This document shows, one piece after another, positions 25,561 through 40,129 of a DNA stretch of 64,000 nt. The notes beneath the pieces were generated by a model, which saw only the letters and a list, made by a program, of their open reading frames with translations, was not told where the DNA came from and searched no databases. This DNA is from Eledone cirrhosa (lineage: Eukaryota). The stretch is taken from positions 181,846,001-181,910,000 of the forward strand of contig OZ024740.1 in the NCBI GenBank assembly GCA_964016885.1. The letters are read 5' to 3'. Both the position numbers and the translations under genes were made by a program. Numbering within the stretch: position 1 is the first letter of the stretch; each line of letters begins with the position of its first letter.

Positions 25561-28500
25561 TTTCTTGTTTTTAGATTTAAAGCCACCTGCTTATTATGTC
25601 TATAAAAATAAAAAAAGACAACATTTTTCTAAGCGCAAATGCACTTGCATGGGTTCTTACACACTTGCAATTTGAACCTTGTTCTCATACAAAAAAGGTT
25701 GCCTATCCCTACTTTAGTTGGAAATAACAACAACATTTCTCTCAAATTATATCCCACCATTTAAAAAATGGAAAGATGCACTAGGAAATGTGGTAAAAGC
25801 TTATCTTTTTTCCTAAAGGAAAAAAATAAAACAGAGTTAAGTCTGGAATGCCTAAAATCATAAATCCTCTATTCATATTGGGTTATACCTAGGAGCTCAA
25901 AAACGGCAGGTACTTTATTCAGCACTCTACTTATTCTTCAATTCCCCCACTCCCACTTTATGCTCCCCAACAGTATGTAACTGTCAATTTTTTTTGTTTT
26001 GTTTTTTGTTAATTTTCTTAACAAATTTCAGTAATTCACAGCTGGGCATTTGTCATTTATTCCATAATCTCTGTTTATTTTACATCAATATGATTTGTGG
26101 AAACTTAAGTGTGGAATACAAATAGCCATTTTAGCATTTTTGTTTTTGTCAAGAAGAAAATATTTTCTAACTTTGTGTTTTGCTGCTTGTCAAATTAATC
26201 TGTGGCTCAGTCCAGAATAATAATCTTTCTAAATTAGAATCTGTCTCATCTAATTATAGTGAGTTTATCTTTTTTTGCCTTGAAAATTTAAAGATGAACA
26301 GTTCGCGTATAAAGTACAAGTTTACAAATTGTTAAAAGGAAAAAAAATGATAATATTTCTGAAAATCATTTCTATATTTTTTTTATTTGTTCTTCTTTTA
26401 GTTTGTGTTCTATCACTTAATTTAGTTATCTGAAAAAACATATTTTTATCCACTCTTCTGTTATGTAATTCACTAAATGAATTGCAGTCAGTGTAAAATA
26501 TGTTTACGGTTCATCGAGTTCCTGAATAATACTAATGTCATAATATTTGTTTCTCTTTAGATAAATAAATAATGATTTCTAATATAAGCACAAAGCAGTG
26601 TATAGAAGCAAGATTTGGAAGCTGACAGCTAAAGTCACAAGAAAATTCGATATTTTTCACCAACAGACCATTCACAAGTTCCACAAAGTCATGTAGCATG
26701 ATCAAATGAAGCTATATTTTACAAAATCTAACTCCCAACCATTGCCATGAATTGTAATTGGACACCAGTTCTGATTAACTAGGCACATCACATGGTTTTT
26801 ATACATCAAGTATGTAAATGTGGCAAATAGTTGTATGTTACTTGAGCATAAATGAAAGAGTGGAACACACAAGAAGACCGTTTTTAAACATTTCAAGAAC
26901 TACAAGAAATAAACATCAACTGGAAAGATATAGAAACAACAGCAAATGATTGATTGAAATGATGATACTGTGGTGCTTAGTGCACTACGTGGCTCAAGAG
27001 AACTCTTCAGTAGTGTCAAAGAGATTAAAACTGCCCTAGTGCTGGTGATCTACATAGTAAACATTCCCAGTATATTCTGTAAAATGGTTGGGGTAGGAAA
27101 ATCTTCAAGTCATAGAAAACCTATTAAATTGGGAGGACTCTTCAGCTCTGTTAAACATGACAACCTCTCTATGGCTAGTGCCATGATATAATGCACTTGA
27201 TAGTCAGTAGGTACATATATGAGATGCAAGCCTCTGGCCCATCTCAGATGTCAATAGCTCTGCTTAAGTACTGACTTGTTTTGTGACATTCTGTCCAACT
27301 CATTTACTGTTTAAGAGCCTCTGCTTATCATTATGTTTATGGTCACAAACAGATGAGTGATAAATATATCTATGCATAGGACATCTATATATTGTTGGTA
27401 CATTTTTTTCTTTAGTCAGGGAGGGAAACATAATGCTCACAACCCTTTTCATGCCTCTGAATCTGGTGGCCAGGAAGGGAAGAAGTTATCCTAAAACCAG
27501 AAAGCTGGTCTGAATTCTTGTAACAGAGTGGACTTTGCAATAGGCAGCCAAGGACCAGGAGTTGGTGCTTAACTGGGACACAGATTAAATCTACCATCCA
27601 AGCAGACCACAGGGATTTGAGTTCAGAATATAAACAACTGAAACAAACTACGCTAAGCATTATATATGATTCTAATATTATAGCCAAACCATTCATAATG
27701 TTGGAAGAATGAAAGTCAAAGTAAACCACAGTAGGTTTTGAATTCAGGCAGCCAGAACAAAACCAAGAGAATTTTGTTCTAAGCTCTAATTTGCTGCCAA
27801 TGTGAACTGATATGGTGTAGAATAGTGCTCTATCTGGAATGAATGAATGCCTAAAGGAAATCTAAAAGTTACCATACATGGATATGTCCACTGGAGAGCA
27901 GCTAAATCTAAACTTTTAACTTTTGTATATAAAAATGAGCATCAGTTGTGAAATATCACAGTTTTGAGGATCAAAAATATAATGAAATAATATAAAATCT
28001 ATAATGTTGCTGAGACTGGCTTTACGTTTCACCCCACCTGGGTCCAATGTTATATATATCAGTAATATACTTAAATCAATTATAAAAAATATATATTTCC
28101 TTCATTACAAAAATTTGCCTTGTTCCCAGACTAAAGAAATCAATAAAACCACAGAGTACTGGCATATGGTGGAATGTTTGACTACATGCATGGCAGATAT
28201 AATCTGTTAGCTGTTTTAACACCAACACCAGGTCCTTGGTTATCATTATAAGAGTCTACTCTATGAATTGGCAGAGTCCTTAGAATGTTGGTTGGATTGC
28301 TTTGTGGCATTTGTTTTGGGTCTCTGTGCTCTGAGTTCAAATCCCACTATGGTCAACTTTGCCCTTCATCCATTTGAGGTTGATAAAAAAGAACCAGTCA
28401 ACAAATCGGGTTGATTCTCTCTTTATATTTCTTTCTCACTCCCATTCTCTCACTCTCTATCCTACTCAGGAAGAAGTATGTTGTATTTAGACCTGAAGAG

Positions 28501-29088
28501 GAAAGGGGCTCTTCTAGATTTGTTAAAATGCCATAAAATGTAGTATGTCAACATTTTGCAATCATTCAGGCCAGGTCTCTGGTTTGATGGTGCCTTGTTC
28601 CCTCTACTCTGCAAGACTTGGAGACCTCAGAAAAGTATAATGGGCACTGCTTTTTTTTCTTGACTAAGTATTAAGTTTTTCTCCATTCCCATTCTGTGTT
28701 TCTATACTACCATGCACAAATTTAATTTATTTCTTAAAGAATGGAGACATGGGTGAATGTTGCCCAGAGGACATCATACTTGAAAGGGGGACATCATCAT
28801 CTTCTTCACCCATTAATCCTTGGAGGGTCATGGGTGCAGTGTCCTAAACACTCCTTCCAGTGCAGCCTGTCAGAATCAACCATCTCCCATTGATCTAGCT
28901 GGATCCACAAGCAAGACCAGCCAAGCTCATGGATGTTATCCAACCATTTTGCTCATGGTCTAACCTTGGGTCCAATACCAATTGCTTTTACCCATAAAAT
29001 CTATACAGTGATTCTTTCCCAAGACACTCTAACAACATACTCATAGTATCAGAGCTGTGATCTTTCAATTCAGAGAAGTTGCAGATCT

Positions 29089-29089
29089 A

Positions 29090-29137
<48 letters not shown>

Positions 29138-31480
29138 TTTATGTCTGCTTTTCCCTGCTTGCAAGGGTGGGATGGGTCCTAATCAGCACAGCATCTCTCC
29201 ACTTGTCATGGCCATTTGTCATCTCCACTGTGAGCTTCAGCGATCTGAGGTTTGTTCTCACCACCTCTGCTCATGTTTTTCATGGTCTACCTCTACCACG
29301 TCTTCCTTCAACTGGCATTTCTTGGCACTTCTTCAAACATCGGTCATCCTCCATGCGCATCACATGTCCATATCATCACAGTCTCCTCTCCCACACACTA
29401 CAATTGATCCCGCTCAGACACAGTTTCTCTCTTAACACATCCATGCTTGGCCATTCAAGCACATTGACATTGCACATCCAATGGAGCATGCTTGCCTCAT
29501 TTTCTCCAGCCATTGCGTATCCTCTGCAGTTGCTGCCCATGTCTCACTACCATGCAGCATCGCACACCTCACACATGCATCATATAACCGTCCTTTCGCA
29601 TGAAGGGACAAATCCTTCTCCATCAGCAGAGGAAGCAGCTCCTTAAACTTCGTCCAACCTGTCCTTATTCTTGATACTATGGCCTCAAACACCCCCTCCT
29701 ATGCTAATCTGATCACCTAAGTACTGAAAGATATCAATCACTTCTTTAGAACCAACCTGCATTTAAAAAATATGTCTATCAATGTGACCCTGTACATCAA
29801 CTGCATACATGTAGTGCATACGTATTTCTCCCTACCTGTTAGCTTGCCTGCTATCCCACTACATCTCTTGTGTAGCCAAGATCTGCATTGTGTACATTTT
29901 ATAGAATTTAGGCCAGTTCCTTTTCTGCATATCGAACATGGCCATTTCCCTGCCGGAATCAGAGTTTTCTCCTCTTTTCTACTCATCAACACTTTTGTCT
30001 TAGCTAGGTTCACTCTCAGTCCTTTTGGTTCCAACTGCTGTTTCCATAGTCAGAATGTATTCTCTAGCTCCTCTACTGATTCTGCTATAAGAACCAGATC
30101 GTTCCAATGGACAGCCAGTCTTAAACTCCTCTGTTATGGCTTGGAGGACCATAATGAACAAGAGCGGGCTCAGGACCGAACCCTGATGTACTCCTACTTG
30201 TATCTGGAATTCCTCACTAAACTCCATTCCTACCCTCACTTTACTGACAGCACCTCTGTACAAAGTTTGCACAGTCCTCACAAGCCATTCCTCAACACCT
30301 AGTTTCCTTACAGACCACCAGATGACATATCGGGGTACCCTATCAAAGGCCTTCTCTAGGTCAACAAAAGCTATAGTGGCTTATTCTTCTCTAAGAACCT
30401 CTCTTGTAATTGTCTCACCAAGAAGAGGGAATCTGTTGTACTTTTCCCAGGCACTAAACCAAACTGCATCTCATCTAGTTTGACCCTTTCTCTAATTAGT
30501 TGAGCTAATATCCTTTCTGCCACTTTCATAACCGAATCCATCAGTTTTATGCCCCTATAATTGCTCCTTTCCAGAGCATCCCCTTTACCTTTGTAGCAAT
30601 TTATGAGAATACTGCTGCACCAGTCTTTGTGTATGACACCGCCATATATAGTCAGATTGATGATGCGTGCAACCAGTTTAGTGCCTACGTCCCCTGATGC
30701 CTTCAGCATCTCAGCAACTATAGCCGACAGTCCCGCGGCCTTACCATTTTTCATTTCATTAATCGCCTCTTGGACCCTATATTCATCAATCTCAATAGCT
30801 GGTCCCTCTGTCAGATCTACTGGAGGTAATTTCTCTCTCTCCCATTTGTTTCCACATTCATCAGTCTCTCATAATGACCTTTCCAGGCCTCTTTTTTCTG
30901 ATCAATCATGACACTAAGTACAACGGCATCGTTCCAGACACATTTATCTCCAACAACATCCTGATTTGCACTGACACACTGCCTTGCAATACGGAACACT
31001 GCACATCTCTGATTTTCCTGTCGCACAACATTGGCAAACCTCTTACTCTCAGCCTCCCTGCGTGCTAAGTACACCTGACATCTAATTTCTCTCTTAGCAG
31101 CTGTATATCCTTCTCTACTCACACCATTTTTCAAAGCATTCCATGCTAGTCTTTTGTCTCTAATGGCCCTATCTACCGTGCTGTTCCACCACCAGGTCAC
31201 TCTCTGTCTGGTTGGAGCTCTGCTCCAGCCACAAGTTTCTTCAGTAGCCTGCAGTAAGTTGTCACGTAAGAAATTCTATTTATCCTCCATGTCATACGAC
31301 TCTAAATCGTCTTCTTTTTCGTCATACACATCTTGAAGGGCTTTCCTAAATTTGTATTTTAGTGAAAGGTCTTTTAACTTCCAGACCTTTCTTCTCCACA
31401 CCTTCCTGTATGTCTCATTCCGTCTCTTGCTTACTGAGATATGACTAATGATTAACCTATGCTGTGGGGTATGCATTGGT
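29089..31480 (-). mobile_element. Decayed, 5'-truncated RTE LINE related to the intact copy (different 3' UTR subfamily)
   Basis: TWWWN, KGKGDALERSNYRGIKL, GVHQGSVLSPLLF, KWPCSICRKG..C..C..WLHKRC, MLHGSETW; long (GAT)n tail. Confidence 0.95.
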
Positions 31481-32654
31481 ATTTGCCACCATATGTCTGT
31501 CCCGCTGCTTAACTAACATAATTTGAATTCAGTCAGGGCTGGCCTAGCGCTAAATGCTGCCACACTACATCATATAAGCAAAGCACTATCTGTCTGAGAG
31601 CACACACAACAAGCTGCGGGTAAGGTATATCTGGGACAATGAATCTGTGGATTGCAGCTAGCTATTTGATACATATTTACATAGTAGAGTTTCGCTCAGT
31701 CAGGGATGACCTGGGGCTAAACAGCTAGTATTAATAATGCAGTTATGACTTAAATGGTTATACATATTTCTTTACTATTTTTTCCTTTTTCTTTGCAAGT
31801 CAAATTGTCTAAAATAGGAAGGCTTACAACATAGCCTTTAGGGACCATCTTAGATCATAAATTAAATGAATGAAATTAGAAGTTAATATGGAACATGGAG
31901 TTTTAGTATTTAATCTAAAAGAAGACCTTTTATAGCTGTCTTTTTGATATATTTCAATATATGTATGCAGCTGAATGCAAAGATTGTGTGCACCTTTTTC
32001 CATTTTATTTATTTATAGTTGCATTCTTCCTTCTAACAAATTCTATGATATTACATTCCAAAATTATATAACCCCTTTATTATCATGAACCCATCAATGT
32101 GATATGCAATATTGTAAATGTTAATATCCTTTGCATGTATAGTCTTTGACAGTCAAATAAACTATCTACCTATCTATATTTGTGTATTTGGTATAAAAGA
32201 AGGTTGTTCTTGAGTATAGATCTAATAAAAGATTAGTTATTATCCTTGCCATAGGGTGGTTTTCTTTTTAAGTTAATATCTGCTCTCTATAGAAATATTC
32301 CTTTGCTTTATTTAACTTGTATAGTTTTCTTTAAAAAAATATGCAAGTCCTTATAACACATAGGTGTCAAATTGATATAAGTGTTAGAATATCAGGTGAA
32401 ATGTCTTGTGATATTTATTCCAGCTCCTTAAAATCTCAGTTCAAATCTTGCATAGGCAAAATTTCCAGGTGTGATAAATTAAGTTAGAAACAAAGGTAGT
32501 GGACTTGTAAAGTGAGGAGGGCATTAAATAAGATGACTCATAGTATTCATTCCACTTGTTTGCATTCTCAGTTAAAATCTTGCTATGGCCAAATTGAGTG
32601 GTTAACCAGTTGCTTGATTTAACACCACTACATGTCTTTTGAGCAAATATACTG

Positions 32655-32980
32655 ACATCATCATCATCACTATTGTTTTTAATGTCCGCTTTTCCACACT
32701 TGCATGGGTAGGAACGTCCTTCTCACCACGACACCTCTCTACACGTCGCAATCCTTTGTCATCACCTCTGTGAGTCTCAGTGATTTAAGTTCAGCTCACA
32801 CAACCTCTGCCCAGCTCTTTCTTGGTCTACCTCTATGACAACTTCTTTCCGCTGGCACTTCTTCACCCAAGGATAATTATTCATGTGCATCACATGTCCA
32901 AACCAACACAGTCTTCTCTCTTGCACACCACCTCAAATTCCTCTTAAACCCAACTTCTCCTTGAACTCATCCAAGCAAAT
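32655..32980 (-). mobile_element. RTE 3' fragment (other old RTE pieces at 28795-29075 -, 45985-46460 +, 57780-57960 -)
   Basis: VQERRLCWFGHVMHM-like coding, RGRPRKSWAEV and a (GAT)n tail. Confidence 0.8.
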
Positions 32981-35894
32981 GTCTCTCTTTTACATATTTA
33001 TACACAGAATGAAAAAGAGTCTACCATTTTACTTGAGTTTATAGTAATTATCAGTCTGTGTCATGTCGACTTCTGTAATTCTCAATTGATATTATCTTTT
33101 CTTTGCTTTCAATACAAATCTTCATTTTAACCATTCTATAAAATTCAACTAATTTTCAACAATACATATTGTCATTTCATTACTTAGCATCAACTAATGC
33201 ATTAAATCTTTATTTCGAAATCAAGTATCTTTTTGAGGATATATTTATTTCTAACACGTCTCGTATCAGAAGAATTTTTTAACATAGGCCTGCAGAAAAT
33301 ATATCTCTAATGGTTTTTTTTCTTTGGAATTATTTCCCTGTAAAATTTTCAAGACTCTATTTTCTTTGTTAACATCAAGTTCTGTTGAAGACATACTTCC
33401 TGACTTTTAGATAAAGCCAATATTTAAATATTGAATAATAGTCCTCCACATGGAGTCGTCAACATTATGTTTCGATTTATATACATTCATTATTACTATT
33501 CTGCCAGCAATCAACGTTGGTTCACATTTATTACTTGTTTTCATGAATGCAATATCTATCTCTTCCTTTCTATATTCATGTGTATATGTGCTTGCCTGCT
33601 TACATACACTGGCATTTTAAAAAATCTGTTCCAATGTATTAAAGCCAAGTATCTAGACTTGAAGATTTCCTTCAACCTATATTTGAGACAGTTTTTCATT
33701 GTTTTGGTTATGGGAAAGAAACTGCAATAATCCACTTCTTCTCCCCTCCAAAACTGATCAAAGTTGATGTTCAACTTAAACAACTGCAAATCTACTCTCA
33801 CACATCACCACAGTTCCTGCATGACCAGTCAAACCATGAAAGATAACAGCATGTATCGCACAATCTATCGGCTTTCCTATCTGATAATTTCCGCCTCTCA
33901 TCAAAAAGGTCTCATCCAACTTCATGGAATCTTCTTTCCACTACTTCTCAAATATGGTCTCATGAACAGTACCCTCATGGGTAAGGTTTTCACATTAACT
34001 GCTTGTTGGTATCCAATTCCATGCTACACATGCTAGATAAATTTCCCAAACTATCTCTTTCTCCACCACTACAATGCACGCATACATGTCATGCTCAACA
34101 TTACCTCATATCAACTAATCAGACAGCCTTGATAATGTTCTGTCTTCAAGCAATGTACCCAAGAACTAGACCCTATCCTCACTAAACTTTTTTATCTCTT
34201 TCTCCTCTTCTTCAAGGATACATTATCATTGTCTTAGAAAATGTGTTGCAGTTGTGTCTCATTCCTAAGAAAAGCAGGCCTTACTAATTGTACTAAATAT
34301 TCTATTATTACACTCACTCCCAAAATCTCAAAGGCAATGAAGACAGCCATTAACAACTATCTTCTCCAATACCTTCATTCTATTTTCTTTCTCTATGGTT
34401 AATACTCTGAAGCATGATTAGTTATTAAGATTGTGTTTTTAATTCTCACTAAGGCTGTGAATTTTATTTGAAATTAAGTTAAGATTTTGGTATTATAGAA
34501 CATCCACTTCGAGTTCAGTGGGGGAAACAAATCTTTTTCTCATTTCTTTTGTGTGCTATCAACTCATCTGACCTTCTAGATTTTTGCAATCAACTTTTTT
34601 TCCCAGATTAGAGTTAGGGTTGAGGTTAGGATTTTCGTTTTCCAGAAAAAAATTCAGTTGTGAGCATTAGGATTACTTGATAGCACAAAAAAAAAAAATT
34701 AGGAAAAATAATTACTTCCCCCACGAGAGGTGAAACTCTGATGGTGTTTTTGCCCACTTACTTCCTTCTTTTTCTACAAAGCTTTTCGTTTCTGAATGGT
34801 TTGGATTTCATAAAAAATCATAAAGAAAACTCCAAAGAGTGGGGTTGATCCAAGGATGGGGGAATGCACCTACTCTATTCCCTCCATTTTCCTGGTAAAA
34901 CGTCAATGACAATCATCCTGGTCAGAATAGTTAATCATATATAAAAGAAAGGAGGAAAAAAGTTTTTTCTCATCGAAATAGATGGTGTGTTGATTAAATT
35001 AACCAAATTTGTTTTTCTCACTACATTCTGTATAACACCCAATTTACTCTTAATTATATAGTTTCTTCTTTGCAAGGCAAGTGCCACAATGCAGAGAAGA
35101 TAAAGGTTTTAAAAATTACGTTTGTGACTCAATTTCAGTTTTTGTTTCAGAACATTTCATTATAGTTTGACCTTGGTTATGAAGAAAGTAAACTATGCTG
35201 AACATAATTGTGTAAAAAAAAAAAACATATGTTTTAGATTTTATAATGTTGTATTCTACTAAACCTTTCAAGTCTTTTCATCATGATTTAGTGTCTGTAA
35301 ACTGCTACTTTTCTGTTGGATTGTCAATTATATTAACTTTACTTCGACAGACATGGTAAAAGCAACAAATTACATTATTTTTAACAGATACATACTCAGA
35401 AAAAAAAGTCCCAGAATTAATGAAGATACATCTAAGTTTTGCATGTTTTTTAATTTGTCTGTATGTCAGTCTTTTTATATGTTAAAATTATTTAACAGTG
35501 TTTAAAGTGAGATCAACAAAATGGACTGATGGAAACATTATTCTTTTGATAACTGTAAACAAAAGATATGATCATCGCACCTCTTTGATGTAACATTTTT
35601 ACATTTCCTTCAGGAATTTGAATTCTCTTTTAATCATAGTATACAAAAGACAAAATGATAGCATCAATAGTATGCTTAAGTTTGGGTTACACAAAGTATG
35701 CTCAATTAAATATTCATAAATGATGATGAGTACATTCAGATCATCTTTGGATAAACACAGGCAAAGCTGTATGGTTAAAATGCTCACATCTCAACCAAGT
35801 AGTCTTCAGTTCTATTGAATTGCATTATCTCTCATGAGTGATTTTGGTAGATAGAAGCTGTAAGAATGTTTGTTGTATGTATGTGTATGCATAA

Positions 35895-36430
35895 TCATCA
35901 TCAATATTAACATTTTAACTATATTTTTCCATGCTAGCATGGGTTAGATGGGCAATGCTAGGGCAGGTGACCATGTCTTGCACATATAGCACTGATTTTT
36001 AGCTTGGTTTCTACAGCTAGATGCTCTTCCTAATGCCAACCTCATTTACTGATAGTATTGGGTGCTTTTTATCATGTCACCAACACAACCACAAGGTGTG
36101 GATTGGATGCTTTTGTGTCACCAACACTGCCACTTTACAGTGTGGACTGTTTGCTTTTTGTCATGATACCTACATGAACACTTTACAGTGTGGTCTGGGT
36201 GCATATGCATATATTTCCAGTTTGCACTGTAAAGTGGTCGTTTTGGTGTCACAATAAAAAGCATCCAGTTCACACTGTAAACTGGTTGCATTAGTAAAGG
36301 CATCCAGCCATAGAAATAAAGCCAGAAACAATTCTGTATGAGCAAGACACAGTCATCTGATCTGACTTTTCTCACAACAGGAGAACTCATCTAACCCATA
36401 CTAACATGGAAAGTTGATGATGATGATGAT
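35895..36430. mobile_element. Two RTE 3'-UTR copies in inverted arrangement, with about 45-bp internal tandem repeats (similar single copy at 55326-55615)
   Basis: (CAT)n..CCATGCTAGCATGGGTTAGATGG at the left and CATCTAACCCATACTAACATGGAAA(GAT)n at the right; TTTACAGTGTGGACTGGGTGCTTTT-like units. Confidence 0.75.
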
Positions 36431-36457
36431 ATATATATATATCATTCTTATTTACAT

Positions 36458-36711
36458 GTATTTAGATTTTTATTGTGTATTAATCTGTTATACATGTTTC
36501 ACAGAGGATTGGCTCAGGGTCACCCATAGAAATTATGGAGCTGGCTCCATTATTGATCTGCCCTTCAGACTGATGATCTGATAGGTCAATACACAATAAA
36601 AATCTAAATAATTATAAAGGAAACTTCATTGTTTTTATTAATATATACACTCTGCCTGTGCATTGAGTGCTTTTTTTTGTACCACCGCCAGTAATTAACT
36701 GAATCACATAC

Positions 36712-36716
<5 letters not shown>
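36458..36716 (+). mobile_element. Decayed fold-back pseudo-LTR insertion (family D) with tail
   Basis: TATTTAGATTTTTATTGTGTATT / AATACACAATAAAAATCTAAATA inverted arms; CTGATGA on the right arm; GAAA-CATGTA-TA on the left arm minus strand; ACTC..GAGTGCT tail. Confidence 0.55.
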
Positions 36717-36745
<29 letters not shown>

Positions 36746-36747
<2 letters not shown>

Positions 36748-37012
36748 AACAAAAGATGGTTAAAAGAGTTCCATGTATTTTATTATGCGCATTTCAAAAA
36801 CAAACATCATCATGCAATAATATTTGTGTTTTCATCAGATAAAACATGAAGACATGATATGAAGGTTAAAAAACACTTGTGGATAGTTCAGTTTTAAATC
36901 AACATATTTGTTCTTATATATTATGTATACTCCAGTCCTACAAACTGTAGAGTGCTTATTATCCGATATCTGCATTGCTTTATTGTACTACAATAAAACT
37001 CACCTCCTACAT
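36746..37012. mobile_element. Family B insertion: minus-strand arm with hammerhead plus a plus-strand tail
   Basis: Homologous to 715-845 and to the tail at 1031-1110; TA-flanked. Confidence 0.75.
36776..36846 (-). ncRNA. Minimal type I hammerhead ribozyme
   Basis: Minus strand reads TGTTTTAT-CTGATGA-AAACACAAATATTATT..GATGATGTTTGTTTTT-GAAA-TGCGCA-TA-ATAAAATA. Confidence 0.75.
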
Positions 37013-40000
37013 TATATATATATATATATATAATATGCTGGAGAGTGTGTGTGTTCTAGTATTTGTTTATTAAATTCTCAAGATTAACCATCACAAGCTT
37101 GGTGTTTAATTATGTTCCAGATAAACAGAAATCCTACAGCTCTCCTTGTCCTTTACCTACACAAACAAAACAAGTGATAGTTGGTATCAGGAAGGGTTGC
37201 TGGCTGTAGAATTCTGCTTCAAAATGTGTCATCAAGCCCATAGAAGCATAGAAAAATACATGTAAAACTGATGAGGTTGAGCTGTATTTACATTACAATA
37301 TTTTCTAAGAAAGGCATGAATGTTATACAATCTCATTTACTTGAAAATTTAAGAGTTCATTGAAATACAACCATTTAAGCAGTCATCTTGTTAAGTATGC
37401 AATGAAAACATTATTATTACTTTAAAAATATAATAAAAAAGTTATTATTGCTAGTAAATTCATAAAATTACAATAATTATATCAAAAAGCAAAAAACGTT
37501 GTTTCTTTTATAATTAGATTTCATTGGAAATTCCGTCTAAAAACATTATTTAGTACTTTAGTATGGTTTTATTGTTTTCACAGTTTATACTTTATTAATG
37601 TCTGGTTTGTTTCAATATAAACCCATCTGTCATATGTTAAGAGAAAAAATGCTTTATGTTTTATATATTTTGTAAATAGTATGAAAATATATAGACCTGC
37701 ATCATCTTCTTTTCAGCATTCCAAAATTATGTTGTAAGAATCCAAAATAATATTTATTTATTTATTTATATAGGATCTATACCAGCCAGCAGACTGCAAA
37801 ATACACACACACACACAAATATGTATACACATACATATATATATATATGTATATAATTGCTAATTTTATATATATATATAGAGAGAGATATATATATATA
37901 TATATATTTATTTATATTTATATTTATTTATATATATATATATATATATTATATATTGTGCATTAAATCACCATTTTGCTAAACTGGTTGATTTCATTTT
38001 CATTATGACAGAATCTTGACATTAAGACCATAGATGCAGATGATGAAATATGTATATTAGTGTGAGTGCGTAAGAGAAAAAGAGAGAGAACCTGTGAATG
38101 AAGTAGAATAAACCACATCTTTAACTTCAACTACATCAATCCAACCAGCTTGTAAGTACCTACAATACTCATGAGTATTGTCAAATGAATTTGTATTTTA
38201 ACTTGGTCTCTATATCTGGCTGTCCTTCGTATCACCAATGATGTTACCCTGTGGACTGGGAGCCCGTTTTCATGGCACCAAAATCACCTAATAGCAGAAT
38301 GAATTAGGTGTTTTTTGTCATATTATCAGTATGACAACCTTACAAGCTGGACAAGGCACTTTTTTCCTTTCATTTTAATGGAAAAACACTTTGTAGTTAG
38401 CAGTGGCAGTAGCTCCCTAAACTTTTTCCATCCCTTTCTCACTTTGGCTACTGTTCTTTAAGTACACCCACTTCCACTACTAATTTGGTCACAGGTAACA
38501 GAAGCTATCAACTACTACAGAGTTGTCTGAGCATTTAATACAACTTGTTTTCTGTTAGCTTTTGCACATCAACCACATATAAAACCTGTTCTTTGCTAAC
38601 CTGCCTGGGATCTTACTATATTTCTTATGTACCCAAAGTTTGCATTTGGAACACAATTTTGACCCACTCCTTTACTATACATTGAGCAAAGTCATTTCCT
38701 TGAAGGAATCAGGTCACAGTTTTCCTTTCTGTTTATTACGACTAATTTATAGAAAATGGTAGTGTCACGGCTAGCAGTGAATTGACAGAAATATCAATAT
38801 AGGACAACGTATCTTGCTTTGATTCCCTCTACTCTGAGTTGAAATGTTACTAAACTCAATTTGGACTTCCCTCCTTTTACAGTCCACAAGATAATATAGC
38901 AATCAAGGAAGTAGATTGATGGAATTATTTGCACATCCATCTTATGTTATTTGCTCTAGTTATTTGCATTCAAAGTTCTTGAGCTGTAATCTGTCCCCTG
39001 GTGTAAGCAGTCATGACAGGTTTCCAGTTTGAGGATAACTTCCTACAATTAGTCTTAGTGAACATGAGACTATAAAGACTTATGGGTGATGCACTTCCTC
39101 CTCTAAGTGATAAAAAAACAACTACACATATCAACTAATCAATTAATGATGCTTAGGTGCTAAGCTGATGTAAGCTCACTACTTAGTGGGCAGTTATAAT
39201 CAAGCCTTTACCATTCCAGTGTTTTTCTTTTAAGTCATAGTTTATCTACGATTTTTAAGTTACCTTCCATTTTTTAAAGATATTCGGTTATTCAAGTGAA
39301 ATTTAGCTGCTTGAGCAACTGTGTGGAGCTTTCTTTATTAGCTACTCACTAGGATAGGTGTAGACGATGTAAGTAAAATTAGGGCCAGAAATTTCAATCA
39401 TACTTCAAATGATATTTTAAAATGTTGTACCTCAACACACATAGGATGAACCGTTACTATATAGAAAGTTATACAGATGATACAAGGTGAATGTAGACAT
39501 TTTCTGATATTATTTTCCTTAATTTAACATTAACACTTTTGTTACCATATTTCTAATGAAACACACTGCATGCATTTCAATTAATTTGAAAGTGAAGAAA
39601 CATTTTGAGAATTTTAAATAAAATAATTTTTCTTTATTAAACTTACTTGAAAGTTTTTTACATAAAATTATGATGAAAAATGTTAATATGAGTATGAACA
39701 TTTCAAAACAAGCCAGTTTGTACCAGGAAGGCTGGTATCAACAGGGTTAATCTCTGAGTAAAATAATGTGCACTATTCTGTCAGTTTTTCCTATAATTTA
39801 AAAGAAAAAAGAGATTGGGGAAATTTTGTTTAATTTTTCTTTCATTGATTATAGAGAAACAAAGTGACTGATCTATAGAGCAGCTGATTGGTGTCACTGA
39901 TAATTTCTGTCCTCACAATATTTGTTCAGTCTACTTCTATACATAAGATATTTTAGACTGCCATTTCAAAAGAAATAAACAGAAGCCAATTCTGTATGCA

Positions 40001-40129
40001 TTTTTTAAATATAAATGAACATCTTCACTTGTTGATTTTTTTGTAAACTTCAAATAATAATGATCAAATGGATATTGATCGGTATTATTGGAAGACCCTT
40101 TGGAAAATTTATTAGTATTTTTGTTTATT

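Larger units (their letters stand above)
21830..25600 (-). mobile_element. CR1-group (CR1/L2/Daphne-like) LINE with two ORFs, frameshifted, and a (TGAAA)n 3' tail
   Basis: APE motifs GITESHL, YRPP, GDFN, IDLVF, SDH; RT motifs NYRPISLTS, QHGFR, YLDFAKAFDKVDH, FADDTRV; ATTTC repeats at 21831-21853. Confidence 0.93.

Noticed and set aside
33740-34400. Short plus-strand ORFs with faint LINE-like words
   Set aside because: Probably an ancient LINE remnant, but too degraded to support a call.
38005-38070. Possible small host exon (AG...GTGAGT); similar candidates near 47105-47182 (+) and 53510-53810 (-)
   Set aside because: Only splice-like dinucleotides are present, with no recognisable protein similarity or consistent gene model. 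RNA-seq would be needed.
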